Source: an uncultured Gemmatimonadales bacterium
GTDB lineage: Bacteria > Gemmatimonadota > Gemmatimonadetes > Gemmatimonadales > GWC2-71-9
Direction: 5' to 3'
DNA: 64,000 bases
Assembly: GCA_963842945.1 (NCBI GenBank)
Contig: CAWJIM010000019.1
Span: forward strand, 352,001-416,000
Under the pieces are notes generated by a model that saw only the letters and a program-made list of their open reading frames with translations, was not told where the DNA came from and made no database searches. The translations under genes and the position numbers were made by a program. Position 1 is the stretch's first letter, and every line of letters begins with the position of its first letter. Positions 11,434-22,023 of this stretch are shown here, in pieces.

Positions 11434-11713
11434 GATCAGCTCTGTAGCAGCCTTTCTGCCCCGCGCTCGCCTCGCACCAGCAGTACCGTCCTCGCGCCTA
11501 CCCCTACCACTGGAGAAGTCTTTGGCTGAATAACCTGGCCAATCTGCTCTCCGTTGCGGTCCAAAACCCTGAAAATCATTACCGGCTTGCGGTTGGCAAT
11601 CTCTACCATGAGTCCCTCGCGTTAGCTTCGTTGCCTGGGGGCCGTGCTTCTGTTGTGGTGTTGAGATGCCAGGATCTTCCAGAAGGTTGCTTGGTCCCGG
11701 GAGGATCCCGGAC

Positions 11714-11742
11714 GCAACCGTATCGCGGCGAAGCGTGTCAGA
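11714..11742 (+). promoter_or_regulatory. Candidate ECF sigma promoter (autoregulatory)
   Basis: GCAACC-N16-TGTCAGA lies upstream of the sigma gene, with the same spacing as the motif at 15243. Confidence 0.45.
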
Positions 11743-11779
11743 GGTGCGATTCAGTCGAACGACCTACGCTCCGGAGCCG

Positions 11780-12312
11780 GTGGAAGAACGCGAACTGATC
11801 AGTCGAGTCTTGGCGGGAGACCCGAGCGCCGAGCGTGCCCTCTACGATGCGCACGTGGACCGGGTCTTTCGACTGGCGTACCGGATGGCAGGAGATATGG
11901 ATAAAGCTCAGGACTATACCCAGGAGACGTTTATCCGCGCGTTCAGCCGGCTGCAGACCTTCCGGGGTGACGCAGCCCTGTCAACCTGGCTGGGATCGAT
12001 TGCGATTTCGGTGACGTTGAATGGTTTGCGGAAGGTACGTCGCCGCAACGAGCGCGAGGTTGGGCTGGAGGACTTCACCCAGCCGGGCACACGAGACCTG
12101 AAGCCGACCCGGACCTCAAGACCCGGCTCAACCAGGCGATCGATGATTTACCCGAGGGATATCGAGCGGTGTTCATCATGCATGACGTCGAGGGGTACAC
12201 CCACGAAGAGATTGGCGCTACGCTCGGCGTGCACCCCGGAACGTCGAAGGCGCAGTTATTCCGGGCCCGGGCTCGGCTCCGGGAAACGCTGGCCGACTTT
12301 GCCAAGGACTGA
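11780..12312 (+). CDS. ECF RNA polymerase sigma factor (frameshift near 12095)
   Basis: Region 2 reads [13 protein letters not shown]...STWL. Region 4 is in a shifted frame: [41 protein letters not shown]. Confidence 0.9.
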
Positions 12313-12315
12313 GGA

Positions 12316-13004
12316 ATGATGGACGACCGATTCGACGATCGGCTGCGCGACTCCGCTCGCGAGTATAACGAACCCCCCGAAACACCCCGGGAGGAGCTCT
12401 GGCAGCGCATTACGGCGGCCCGGGAGGCGGAGAGGGCGGCGCCGAAGGAGAAGACCGAGAACCTGGAGCGCCCCCGCGTGCTCCCATTCCGTCGTCTTCG
12501 CAATGTCCGTCCGAATCGCCCGCTCACCTGGGCCGCCGGGGTTGCCGCCATCCTGGCGCTCGGTATCGGCCTGGGTCGCCTGAGCGTGGATCGTCCGACC
12601 ACTGTGCCCCAGCCGCAACCGGTGGCGGTGGTGGAGTCTCCTCGAATCAACGCAACGGCCTATCGGCTCACCACCACCGAGCATCTCAGTCAGTCCGAGG
12701 CCTTTCTCACCCTGTTTCGGGCCTCCGTGCGGAAGCCCGGTACCGAGCGGTTGGCCTCGGCGACGGCTCGGCAGCTCCTGGCAACCAACCGCCTTTGCTC
12801 GACTCGCCTGCGGCGAGTGATGCCCGGACCAAGTTGCTGCTGCAGGATCTGGAGCTGGTACTCGCGGAGATCGCGCAGCTTTCCCCCGAGCCTCGGTCGC
12901 GCGATCTAGAGCTGATCACTGATGGAATGGAGCAGGGCGGCGTGCTGTCCCGGCTCAGAACCGCCGTGCCCGCCGGCACGAGTGCAAGCCAAGGAGCGTT
13001 GTGA
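12316..13004 (+). CDS. Putative single-pass anti-sigma factor (frameshift near 12795)
   Basis: Directly follows the sigma gene and has one TM helix (WAAGVAAILALGIGLG). The C-terminus is in ORF 12795..13004. Confidence 0.7.
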
Positions 13005-14491
13005 TGTACTACTTGCAGTTTGGGGTTGCGTTGGCTGCTGTTGCCAGCGTGGCAGGCTATCCACTGACGGTGACGGGATCGGACTTCCCATCGACGGCGG
13101 TGCATACCACCATGGATTCGGTCAGTCCCCGGATCCCTGCAGCCTGGCTCCAAGGTGATCCGGCCGACTCGCTGTACCGCAGGGCCCGAGAGACGCTCAA
13201 TCGGCGCGACTATCGTGCTGCAGCCGATCTGTTTGCCCAGATTCACATCCGCTTTGCCCGGTCCGGGTATGCGGGGGATGCGCTCTACTGGGAGGCCTTT
13301 GCGCTGTATCGCCTGGGAGGCGATAACGACCTCAGAAGGGCTCGCACGGCCCTGCGGCAACAGCGGAAGAAGTATCCTGAGGCGGCCACCCACGGCGATG
13401 CCATGGCTCTCGAAAGCCGGATTCTGGGCGAGCTCGCCCAGCGAGGAGACGGCGAAGCGGCCGCAGAGATAGCGAGAAGGGCGGACAGCATTGCGCCTTT
13501 CACTCCGCCTATAGGACCGACGCCTCCAACGCCACCGACGCCACCGACACCGCCGACGCCACCGAGCTATGGGTCATCCAGCTCGTCGTCCCGCTCGAGC
13601 TCGAGCCATTGCGCCAGCGACGATGACGACATGAAGGTGGCCGCGCTTAACGCCCTGCAACAGATGGACGCGGCACGGGCCCGGCCCTTGCTACGACGCG
13701 TGCTTGCCAAGCGGGATTCTGCCTCGGCCTGCATCCGTCGGAAAGCCGTCTTCCTCGTAGCGCAGCAGGATGAGCCAGGAACCGAGGATATCCTGCTGGA
13801 ATCGGTGCGGAGCGATCCCGACCCCGAGGTTCGGCGCCAGGCGGTATTCTGGCTTTCCCAAGTCGGAACCGACCGTGCCGTCGGGGCTCTGGATTCCATC
13901 CTCCGATTCTCTCGCGATACCGAGATCCAGGAGCGGGCCGTGTTCGCTCTGTCGCAACACGACAGCCCTCGGGCCCAGCAGGCGCTCCGCACCTATGCCG
14001 AGCGCAAGGAGATTCCGGATGCTATTCGGGAAAAGGCGATCTTCTGGTTGGGCCAGCGCCAGACGCCGGACAACGCCGCTTTCCTCCGAAGTCTCTATGG
14101 TCGCCTGGACAGCGAGGAGCTGAAAAAGAAAGTCCTGTTCTCCATCTCCCAGATGGGTGGAGAAGCGAACGGACGGTGGTTGCTCAGCGTTGCTCGGGAC
14201 AGCTCGGAGAAGCTGGAGACCCGGAAACAGGCCCTCTTCTGGGCCGGCCAGGGCGGGGTCTCTATCGAAGAGTTGACCCGGCTCTACGCCAACGTAAGCG
14301 ACCGGGAAATGCGCGAGCAGCTGGTGTTCGTGTACTCCCAGCGGGATGAGCCGGCAGCGCTGGACAAGCTGATCGAGATTGCCAAGAAGGACCCTAACCC
14401 CGAGCTCCGGAAACGCGCCCTCTTCTGGCTGGGGCAGTCGGACCAGGCTCGTGCGGTCCAGGCCATCCAGGACATCATCGATCAGCCCTAG
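13004..14491 (+). CDS. Exported TPR + HEAT-repeat protein
   Basis: Signal peptide, a TPR-like region (DALYWEAFALY), a (PTP)n linker and repeated RxxAxFWL(G/S)Q HEAT units. Confidence 0.85.
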   Translation: MYYLQFGVALAAVASVAGYPLTVTGSDFPSTAVHTTMDSVSPRIPAAWLQGDPADSLYRRARETLNRRDYRAAADLFAQIHIRFARSGYAGDALYWEAFALYRLGGDNDLRRARTALRQQRKKYPEAATHGDAMALESRILGELAQRGDGEAAAEIARRADSIAPFTPPIGPTPPTPPTPPTPPTPPSYGSSSSSSRSSSSHCASDDDDMKVAALNALQQMDAARARPLLRRVLAKRDSASACIRRKAVFLVAQQDEPGTEDILLESVRSDPDPEVRRQAVFWLSQVGTDRAVGALDSILRFSRDTEIQERAVFALSQHDSPRAQQALRTYAERKEIPDAIREKAIFWLGQRQTPDNAAFLRSLYGRLDSEELKKKVLFSISQMGGEANGRWLLSVARDSSEKLETRKQALFWAGQGGVSIEELTRLYANVSDREMREQLVFVYSQRDEPAALDKLIEIAKKDPNPELRKRALFWLGQSDQARAVQAIQDIIDQP

Positions 14492-14499
14492 GCCGAATC

Positions 14500-15240
14500 A
14501 TGCTGCGAGCCTGTCTTATACTGATCGTGGCCGGAACGCTGCCCGCGCCCTCTTCGGCTCAGAGTCTTCAGCAGCGGATAGCGGCGATTGACAGCGATAG
14601 AGTGCACTTGAGCTTCGCCGCTCGGACCGGCGTCTGTGGCGACGGAAATCAGAACATCAACGTCCAGGACAGCGAAGACTGGGAAGTAGAATGTGAGAGC
14701 CAGCCGGTCCGGGTGACTCTCGACATCCGCAACCACCATGTGGTTGCCCTTCGAACCTTTGTCGGTGGCCGCTGGCGCAACGCTTCACCGGCCAAGGATC
14801 TCGGCACCATCCGCCCGCAGGAGGCCGCGGAGTACTTCCTCGATCTCGCAGGAAGCCGGAGCGATCTGAGGGGTGATCCCGTGCTGCCCGCCACCCTCGC
14901 AGATAGCGTCACCATCTGGCCTTCGCTACTTCAGTTGGCACGCTCTCCCCGGCTCCCGCTGGAGCGGCGTCGCAGCGCAGTATTCTGGCTGGGCCAAGCC
15001 GCAGGAGCGGCGGTGGATGGAGCCCTCGACTCCATTGCCGGCGACACAGGCACCGATCGGGAGGTGCGGAAGCAAGCGGTATTTGCCCTGTCCCAGCGTA
15101 GTTCCGAGGAGGCGGTTCCGGCGCTCATTCGCGTCGCTCGAACCAGTCGGGACCCGGAGCTCAGGAGAACCGCGTTGTTCTGGCTGGGCCAGAGCAACGA
15201 TCCCCGAGCCATCGATGTTTTTGAGGAAATTCTGCGGTAA
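14500..15240 (+). CDS. Exported HEAT-repeat protein
   Basis: Signal peptide followed by RRSAVFWLGQ, RKQAVFALSQ and RRTALFWLGQ. Confidence 0.85.
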   Translation: MLRACLILIVAGTLPAPSSAQSLQQRIAAIDSDRVHLSFAARTGVCGDGNQNINVQDSEDWEVECESQPVRVTLDIRNHHVVALRTFVGGRWRNASPAKDLGTIRPQEAAEYFLDLAGSRSDLRGDPVLPATLADSVTIWPSLLQLARSPRLPLERRRSAVFWLGQAAGAAVDGALDSIAGDTGTDREVRKQAVFALSQRSSEEAVPALIRVARTSRDPELRRTALFWLGQSNDPRAIDVFEEILR

Positions 15241-15242
15241 GG

Positions 15243-15271
15243 CCAACCTTCTGACCGGATCCTCCGTCTAA
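15243..15271 (+). promoter_or_regulatory. Candidate ECF sigma promoter
   Basis: CCAACC-N16-CGTCTAA about 40 nt upstream of the GGAGG/GTG start at 15311. Confidence 0.5.
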
Positions 15272-15310
15272 GCCTCGCGTATCAGCACTGGCTTGCACGA
15301 CGGAGGTTTC

Positions 15311-17965
15311 GTGGGAGATCCCACAACCACATTGGCACTGTACCTTGCCCTGTCCGGTCTGGGTGCTGGGCAGACCGATACCATTCCCGGTGGTCCAATC
15401 AAATCGAAGGTACACGCGGCACGCGCCTCGGCTGAAATCACTCTCGATGGGCAGCTGGCTGAAGCCGTGTGGGCGGCCGCTCCGCCGGTCTCCGGTTTCA
15501 TCCAACGCGAGCCTAACGAGGGAGCTCCCGCCAGCGAATCGACCGAAGTACGAGTGCTCTACGATGACGATGCGCTCTACATCGGCGCTCGGCTTTACGA
15601 CAGCAAGCCAGACAGCATTCGAGCCCAGCTCGCCCGCCGAGACCGGATCACCAACTCAGATCGGTTCCTCGTCTTCCTCGATTGCTACCACGACCGCCGG
15701 ACCGGCTTCTACTTCGGCATCAACGCGGCAGGCACCCTCTACGATGGCACGCTGTTCAACGATGACTGGGACAGCGATACCTGGGACGGGGTGTGGGAGG
15801 GCAAGGTCGGCCGCGATTCGTTGGGCTGGACCGCAGAGCTCCGGATTCCCTATTCCCAACTTCGGTTCGAGCGACGGAAAACGCAGTGGGGCATCAACTT
15901 CAAGCGTGAAATCGCGCGTCGCAATGAGCGCGCCTATCTGGTGCCCACCCCGAGCAATGGCAGTGGATTCGTCTCCCGGTTCGTGGAGCTGGCCGGCATC
16001 GAAGAGGTCTCGCCACCGCGCCGGTTGGAGGTTCTCCCGTATGTCACCACTCGCGCCGAATACCTGAATCATGAGGCTCAGGATCCCTTCAATGATGGCT
16101 CCTATCTCGGGGCTGGTATGGGAGGCGACGTCAAGCTTGGTATCGGCAGCAATCTGACCCTCGACGCCACCGTCAATCCGGACTTCGGCCAAGTCGAGGT
16201 CGATCCAGCGGTGGTCAATCTCAGCGATGTCGAGACGTTCTTCGACGAGCGTCGGCCGTTCTTCGTGGAAGGGGCCAGCATTTTCAACTTCGGAGAAGGG
16301 GGGGCCAACGACTTCTGGGGCTTCAACTGGGCCAACCCGAGCTTTCTCTATACCCGGAGAATTGGCCGGGCTCCCCAGGGCGAGTTGCCCGATGATTACG
16401 ACTATTCGGAGGTGCCGTCAGGCAGCAACATCATTGGAGCAGCCAAGCTCTCGGGAAAGGTGGGCACCTGGAGTTTGGGTGCGCTCAGTGCGTTCACCAG
16501 CCGCGAGCACGGCCAGTTTGCGCTGGACCAGCAGCACTGGCAGGAAGAAGTGGAGCCGCTCACCTATTACGGGGTATACCGGGCCCAGAAGGAAATGCAG
16601 GGAGGGCGTCATGGCCTCGGCTTTATGGGCACTCTTACGGCCCGCTCCTTCGATGAGCCCAAGCTGCCAACGGAGCTGAGCTCCACCGCCACCGGCCTGG
16701 GCATGGATGGTTGGACTACCCTGGACCCAGCGGGAATGTGGGTGATCAGCGGCTGGGCCGGCGTGAGCCGCTCCCATGGCACTCCCGAGCGGTTGCAGAG
16801 TCTCCAGGAAAGCTCGGTGCATTATTTCCAGCGGCCTGATGCGTCGTACCTCGGCGTTGATTCCAGCGCTACCTCCCTGGGCGGCTATGGTGCCCGGGTC
16901 TCGCTCAACAAGCAGAAGGGCAACTGGATGTTCAACTCTGCCCTGGGAATCATCGACCCGAAATTCGACCTGAACGATCTCGGGTTTCAGTTCCGCAGCG
17001 ACCAGATCAATAGCCATATCATGGTCGGACACAAATGGACCAGGCCCGGTCGGCTCCTGCGAAGCTGGCGGCTGAACCTCGCAGGATTTCGGAGCTACAA
17101 CTACGGTGGCGACGTGACCTGGACCGGGCTGTTTCTGACGGGACTCTACGAGATGCGGAACTTCTCGACCGGACGCTGGTTCGTGGCCTACAACCCGAGC
17201 ACCCTGAGCGACCGCCGAAGCCGCGGTGGTCCACTCATGATCAATCAGCCTGGAGTGGAGTGGGACTTCCAGATGGACTCTGATCCGAACAAGCGATGGA
17301 TCTACGGCTTCGGTCTGCACGGCAACCATTATCAGGAGGACTGGGAGCAGAGTTGGAGCGCCAGGGCCGCACTGGAATGGAAGCCCGGAGCACGCCTCTC
17401 GTTTCGCGTGGAGCCGCAGATCGAGCGAATCGGCACCTCGTCCCAGTACGTCGACACCTTCGACGACGTGCTGGCCACGTCCACCTATGGTCACCGCTAC
17501 GTCTTCGCTACGCTGGACCAGACCACCGTTTCGGCCAGCGTGCGCTTGAACTGGATCTTCACTCCGAAGCTCAGCCTCGAGGTCTACGCCCAACCGCTGG
17601 CCTCTTCGGGGCGATACACCGGGTTCAAGGAGCTGGCCCGGCCTAGGAGCTACGACTTCACCCCCTATCCCGACCCGGTGGACACCAGCGATCCCGACCG
17701 ACTCGCGATCGATCCCGATGGAGCCGGCCCCGCCGCCCAGCAGGAAATCGACGACCCCAACTTTTCGCTGGTTTCCCTCAGAGGAAACGCGGTGCTGCGC
17801 TGGGAATACTCACCGGGATCGACCCTGTTCCTGGTCTGGACCCAGAATCGGTCCGACAGCCAGAGCATCGGCGGCTTCTCCACCGGTTCTGCGCTGGGGC
17901 GGCTGTCCTCAGCTCCGGGCGACAACATCTTCCTGGTGAAAATTTCCTACTGGTGGAATCCCTAG
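15311..17965 (+). CDS. CBM9-like / DUF5916-type outer-membrane protein
   Basis: ITLDGQLAEAVW, TEVRVLYDDDALYIG, WTAELRIPYSQLRF, DATVNPDFGQVEVD and ERRPFFVEG, ending in a barrel-like FLVKISYWW. Confidence 0.8.
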   Translation: MGDPTTTLALYLALSGLGAGQTDTIPGGPIKSKVHAARASAEITLDGQLAEAVWAAAPPVSGFIQREPNEGAPASESTEVRVLYDDDALYIGARLYDSKPDSIRAQLARRDRITNSDRFLVFLDCYHDRRTGFYFGINAAGTLYDGTLFNDDWDSDTWDGVWEGKVGRDSLGWTAELRIPYSQLRFERRKTQWGINFKREIARRNERAYLVPTPSNGSGFVSRFVELAGIEEVSPPRRLEVLPYVTTRAEYLNHEAQDPFNDGSYLGAGMGGDVKLGIGSNLTLDATVNPDFGQVEVDPAVVNLSDVETFFDERRPFFVEGASIFNFGEGGANDFWGFNWANPSFLYTRRIGRAPQGELPDDYDYSEVPSGSNIIGAAKLSGKVGTWSLGALSAFTSREHGQFALDQQHWQEEVEPLTYYGVYRAQKEMQGGRHGLGFMGTLTARSFDEPKLPTELSSTATGLGMDGWTTLDPAGMWVISGWAGVSRSHGTPERLQSLQESSVHYFQRPDASYLGVDSSATSLGGYGARVSLNKQKGNWMFNSALGIIDPKFDLNDLGFQFRSDQINSHIMVGHKWTRPGRLLRSWRLNLAGFRSYNYGGDVTWTGLFLTGLYEMRNFSTGRWFVAYNPSTLSDRRSRGGPLMINQPGVEWDFQMDSDPNKRWIYGFGLHGNHYQEDWEQSWSARAALEWKPGARLSFRVEPQIERIGTSSQYVDTFDDVLATSTYGHRYVFATLDQTTVSASVRLNWIFTPKLSLEVYAQPLASSGRYTGFKELARPRSYDFTPYPDPVDTSDPDRLAIDPDGAGPAAQQEIDDPNFSLVSLRGNAVLRWEYSPGSTLFLVWTQNRSDSQSIGGFSTGSALGRLSSAPGDNIFLVKISYWWNP

Positions 17966-18001
17966 AGTAAGGAACGGCATGCAGGCCATTACCTTTCCTG
18001 C

Positions 18002-19099
18002 ATGCATCGCGGATTGATCTCTGGCGGCCTCTTCCTGCTCGCACTCCTGCTCGCCGGATGTGGAGCCTCGCAACCCAAAACGCCTGTCGTCGAGCTCACC
18101 GCGAGTGGTGATACGGTTCTGGCACCCTACGGAGAGATCACCGAAGCATCCTGGCTGGGGGGAAGTCGGTGGGCCGTCATCTCCCCGGCCGAGGAAGCAG
18201 TCGCGATCGTTGATCCCGCTCGACACACCACCACCCCGCTTGGTGGGCGCTCCTCGAAAAACCTGCGCAATCCGGCAAACATCTTCGTTGCCCAGGATAC
18301 GCTCTTCGTGGGAGACTGGGGACTTCGGCGGCTGACCTTGTGGGCCCCGCCGGGCCATCTCGCCCGGGCGATCGCAGCTCCCGCTATAACCCGTGGCACG
18401 CTGCCGCGGTCCCGCGATGCGGCTGCGCGGTACTACCTCGACCTCTACCCCCAACCGGGACCGGACGGCAGCGGCAACCGAGATTCCGCCGCGGTGGTCC
18501 AGGTGAACCCTGAATTAACCCGGATCGATACCATCGCTCGGCTGGCCCCTCTGGACATTGCCGAGGTAATCGGTGACGCCGGACGTCGGTTCGAGCGGCG
18601 GGTATTCAGCGGGGTGGATCGCTGGGGCGTACTACCTGACGGATCGCTCTGGGTGGCACGGGTGTACGAAAACCGGGTGGACTGGCGCTCACCCGAGGGG
18701 AAATGGTCGAAGGGTGTGGCGCTGCCCGACCGGGTTCTGGAGGTCACGAGGTATGACCGGGAGCTCTTTCTCCGGAAATTCCCGGCTGAGCTCAGGCGTA
18801 CCGCCCAGGACCTTCCCTTTGCTGCTCTCAAGCCGCCCTTTGAAGCGGGAGTGTCCGACCCCACCGGCCAGGTCTGGCTGGAAAAGAGCCGGGCACCTGC
18901 TGATTCATCGAGGCGCTACCATGTAGTGAACCGGGCCGGCCAGTTGGTGCGCGAGGTCAGAATTAGAGGATCAGGTCGCATCCTGGCCCTGGGAGAGCAC
19001 ACCGCCCTGGTGGCCGAGCCTGCGGCCGATGGCACCCGACTCATTGCGCTGCCGACTCCCGGCCCATCGCCCACGTCGATTACGCTTTCCCGCCCGTAG
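18002..19099 (+). CDS. Lipoprotein, probable beta-propeller
   Basis: LAGC lipobox. Shares GVLPDGSxWVAR...RVDWRSPxGxW with the next gene. Confidence 0.7.
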   Translation: MHRGLISGGLFLLALLLAGCGASQPKTPVVELTASGDTVLAPYGEITEASWLGGSRWAVISPAEEAVAIVDPARHTTTPLGGRSSKNLRNPANIFVAQDTLFVGDWGLRRLTLWAPPGHLARAIAAPAITRGTLPRSRDAAARYYLDLYPQPGPDGSGNRDSAAVVQVNPELTRIDTIARLAPLDIAEVIGDAGRRFERRVFSGVDRWGVLPDGSLWVARVYENRVDWRSPEGKWSKGVALPDRVLEVTRYDRELFLRKFPAELRRTAQDLPFAALKPPFEAGVSDPTGQVWLEKSRAPADSSRRYHVVNRAGQLVREVRIRGSGRILALGEHTALVAEPAADGTRLIALPTPGPSPTSITLSRP

Positions 19100-19113
19100 A
19101 AGAAGGATTGCCC

Positions 19114-20220
19114 ATGAAGCGAGCCCTCCTGATCTGTGTCCTGGCCGTGGCCGGTGCCCTCGCCTGCCGTTCGGCGCAGAGTCAGAGCGTACTCTCCCAC
19201 GACGCGCGATTCCCGAACAAGTTCGGGATGCTCAGCAATGTGGTGGAGCTGGCCAATGGGGGCGTGGTATTCACAGACACGAAGAGCAAGTTCTTTTTCA
19301 GAGGCAACCTCGCCAGCGGAAAAATTGACACCCTCGGTACCCGGGTGGATTCAATCGCTGAGGGAAGCCCGGCGGGGCAGTACAAGTTCCCCGGATGGGT
19401 CGCTCATCTCGCGGGCGACACGATCGCGCTGGTCGACTTTAGTGGGCTCCGCACCACGCTGTGGAGCGAAGCCGGTAAGCCGCTCGGGGTACTTCCCTCC
19501 CATAATGCCGCGGGCAAAACACCCATTCTCCTCTACGACACGCTGGGGCGGGGTTACAAGATCGACTACCAGGCAGTCCTCGGTGGTGGAGAGCCCGGTC
19601 GAGCCATCCGGCCGGACAGCATTCCGGTTCTCCGCGTGGCTCTCCGGAGCGGCAGAATAGACACGGTCGCCCATCTCACCTCTCCGGAGTATGGTGACGC
19701 CGTCTTTGGTGAGCAGGTACAACAGGCGGCGAAGGTCTTTGCCCCGAACGACTTTTTCGGCGTGCTGCCGGATGGCAGTGCCTGGGTGGCCCGGGGCCGG
19801 GAAGGCCGGGTGGATTGGCGCTCGCCCAACGGAGAGTGGCTGCAGGGACCGCCGCACAAGTTTGCCAGGATCCCGGTAACCGAAGCCGACAAGGCACGGG
19901 TGCTGGCCCAGGTCCGGGAGCAGGGAAAAGAATTCGGCATGCCCCAGGATCTCGCGATTGTCTATCCCTTCGCCGAGACGAAAGCGCCTTTCGATTTCGC
20001 CCTGGGCCGACCGAACGGTGATGTGTGGCTCCAGCAACCGCGCAATGACGAGAAGGCTGCGCTGGCCTATGCGGTCTTCGACCGCAAGGGACGCTGGCAG
20101 CGGGATGTATCATTCCCCAAGGATGCTTCGCTGGCTGGATTTGGTGCGAAGGGAGCGGTCTATGCCTCGATCCGGAACGCCGACGGTTCCAGATCGGTGG
20201 CGCGGTTTACCCTGAAATAA
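19114..20220 (+). CDS. Exported probable beta-propeller, paralog of the upstream gene
   Basis: Signal peptide ending ALAC, and GVLPDGSAWVARGREGRVDWRSPNGEW. Confidence 0.7.
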   Translation: MKRALLICVLAVAGALACRSAQSQSVLSHDARFPNKFGMLSNVVELANGGVVFTDTKSKFFFRGNLASGKIDTLGTRVDSIAEGSPAGQYKFPGWVAHLAGDTIALVDFSGLRTTLWSEAGKPLGVLPSHNAAGKTPILLYDTLGRGYKIDYQAVLGGGEPGRAIRPDSIPVLRVALRSGRIDTVAHLTSPEYGDAVFGEQVQQAAKVFAPNDFFGVLPDGSAWVARGREGRVDWRSPNGEWLQGPPHKFARIPVTEADKARVLAQVREQGKEFGMPQDLAIVYPFAETKAPFDFALGRPNGDVWLQQPRNDEKAALAYAVFDRKGRWQRDVSFPKDASLAGFGAKGAVYASIRNADGSRSVARFTLK

Positions 20221-20243
20221 CGGCGGGCGCGTTTACTGGGAGC

Positions 20244-20984
20244 CTACCCCTCGCGACTCATGACCGGTGACTCGTGACTCAGCTCTTCTCCCGCCTTGCT
20301 GCCATTCCGATCTGACGTCCGCCGGTCCCGGCGCTGACCCTCCTCGTACCAGCGCCGGGTGATCTCTCCGGCCAGCTCCCGGTTACCCAAGCCAAACGCC
20401 AGTCCGACCGCCAGAGCTGCGGCCCCGAGAATCAGGGTGAACGCGGCCGTGACGATCTCCTCCGCCACCCCAACCTGCTGCAGGGCCATGAACAGGGCGA
20501 TGGTGATCACCGCACCCTTGGCCAGCTTGGCCACGGTCGGCACCCCGGACACACCCCCGGCCGACGCCAGAATCAGCCCCCGGACAAACTCACCGACGAT
20601 GATGCCCAGGATTACGATCACAATCCCGGCGATCAGCGTGGGGATGAAGGCCAGCATCGCACCGAACATCTCATTGATGCTCTCGAGCCCGAGGGCAGTG
20701 CTTGCCAGCAGAATCACCACCAGCATTACCAGCCAGAAGATCAGCTTCGCCAGGGCCCGCACCGGATCCAATCGAAGTCCCGCACGATCCACTACCTCAT
20801 CGAATCCGCCGGCGCTGACCATCCGGTCGAACTTGAGCCGCTTCAGCGTCTCGTCGGCCCAGCGCTGGACCTGGCGGGCGAGGAAGTAGCCGGTCATCAG
20901 AATGACGAATGCGCCAACCAGCGCGGGCACCACGCTGCTGATTTGTTCGCCGCCGGCCACCATCCGCTGCCAGAGCTCGTTCAC
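20244..20984 (-). CDS. MscS-like TM-helix repeat membrane protein (CmpX-like)
   Basis: VPALVGAFVIL and IPTLIAGIVIV repeats, plus LAFGLGNRE. Confidence 0.75.
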   Translation of the reverse strand: MNELWQRMVAGGEQISSVVPALVGAFVILMTGYFLARQVQRWADETLKRLKFDRMVSAGGFDEVVDRAGLRLDPVRALAKLIFWLVMLVVILLASTALGLESINEMFGAMLAFIPTLIAGIVIVILGIIVGEFVRGLILASAGGVSGVPTVAKLAKGAVITIALFMALQQVGVAEEIVTAAFTLILGAAALAVGLAFGLGNRELAGEITRRWYEEGQRRDRRTSDRNGSKAGEELSHESPVMSREG

Positions 20985-22018
20985 TGGGCAACCTCGATCA
21001 CGAGTTTTCCAACTTGCTCACTCCGGTCCAATCGGCCGAAGGCGTCAAGGGCCCGGCTCAGCGGCACTACCTGGTCGATTACCGGCCAGAGTTTGCCGTC
21101 GCCGGCCAGCCTCACGATTTCGGCGTATTCACGTCGGCTTCCCAGGGTGGAACCCAGAATGCTCCACTGATGCCAGAACAGCCGTCGCAGGTCCATCGAG
21201 ACCATCGGACCAGTCGTGGCTCCACAGATCAGGAGCCGGCCCCCTCGTCTCAACGACCGGAGCGACTGCGGCCAGCTCTCCTCGCCCACACTGTCCACGA
21301 TGGCATCGACTCCAAGCCCATCTGTCAGGCGCCGGACCTCGCTGACCACATCGGCCCGGCGGTGATTGAGAATCGCATCGGCCCCCCGGGATAATGCGAA
21401 CTGCAGCTTGGCATCCGAGCCACTGGTGACAATGGTGCGGGCGCCGAGCGATCGGGCAATCTCTAGTGCGGCCAGGGCTACACCGCCGCCGATGCCCCAG
21501 ATCAACACGGTCTCACCCGCTTGAACCCGGCCACGGGTGGTCAGCAGGCGCCAGGCGGTGAGCGTCGCCAAAGAGAAGGCGCCGGCCTGGGGCCAGGGCA
21601 TCGAGTCAGGCGCTCGCGCCAGGTTCTCCCCGGGGACGACCATGTACTCCGCGGCCGACCCCGGCCGATGCTCCCCCAGCACCTGCAGCTTTCGGCACAG
21701 CGATTCCTCGCCTTGCAAGCACCATGGACAATTGCCGCAGGAGAACGTCGGATTGATCATTACCCGGTCGCCCGGCCGGATCCCGTCTACCTCGCCTCCA
21801 ACCTGAACGACAGTGCCCGCGCCATCGGAGCCGACGATATGGGGAAAGCTGTAGTTCGCCCCCGGCAACCCCTCCGCCACCCACAAGTCGATGCGATTTA
21901 GACCGACGGTATGGATCCGGATGAGCGCCTGGTTCGGCGCCTGAATTACTGGCTTCGGCAACTCCTGTACCCGCAGGTGTTCGATTCCGCCTGCGGCCTC
22001 CAGGACAAGCGCTCTCAT
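20981..22018 (-). CDS. Zinc-binding (MDR family) dehydrogenase
   Basis: GSDGAG, a CGNCPWC...C structural zinc site and GIGGGV. Confidence 0.88.
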   Translation of the reverse strand: MRALVLEAAGGIEHLRVQELPKPVIQAPNQALIRIHTVGLNRIDLWVAEGLPGANYSFPHIVGSDGAGTVVQVGGEVDGIRPGDRVMINPTFSCGNCPWCLQGEESLCRKLQVLGEHRPGSAAEYMVVPGENLARAPDSMPWPQAGAFSLATLTAWRLLTTRGRVQAGETVLIWGIGGGVALAALEIARSLGARTIVTSGSDAKLQFALSRGADAILNHRRADVVSEVRRLTDGLGVDAIVDSVGEESWPQSLRSLRRGGRLLICGATTGPMVSMDLRRLFWHQWSILGSTLGSRREYAEIVRLAGDGKLWPVIDQVVPLSRALDAFGRLDRSEQVGKLVIEVAQ

Positions 22019-22023
22019 GATCT

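Noticed and set aside
13515..13566. 9-bp tandem repeat encoding PTPPTPPTPP
   Set aside because: An ordinary proline-rich linker inside the HEAT-repeat protein.
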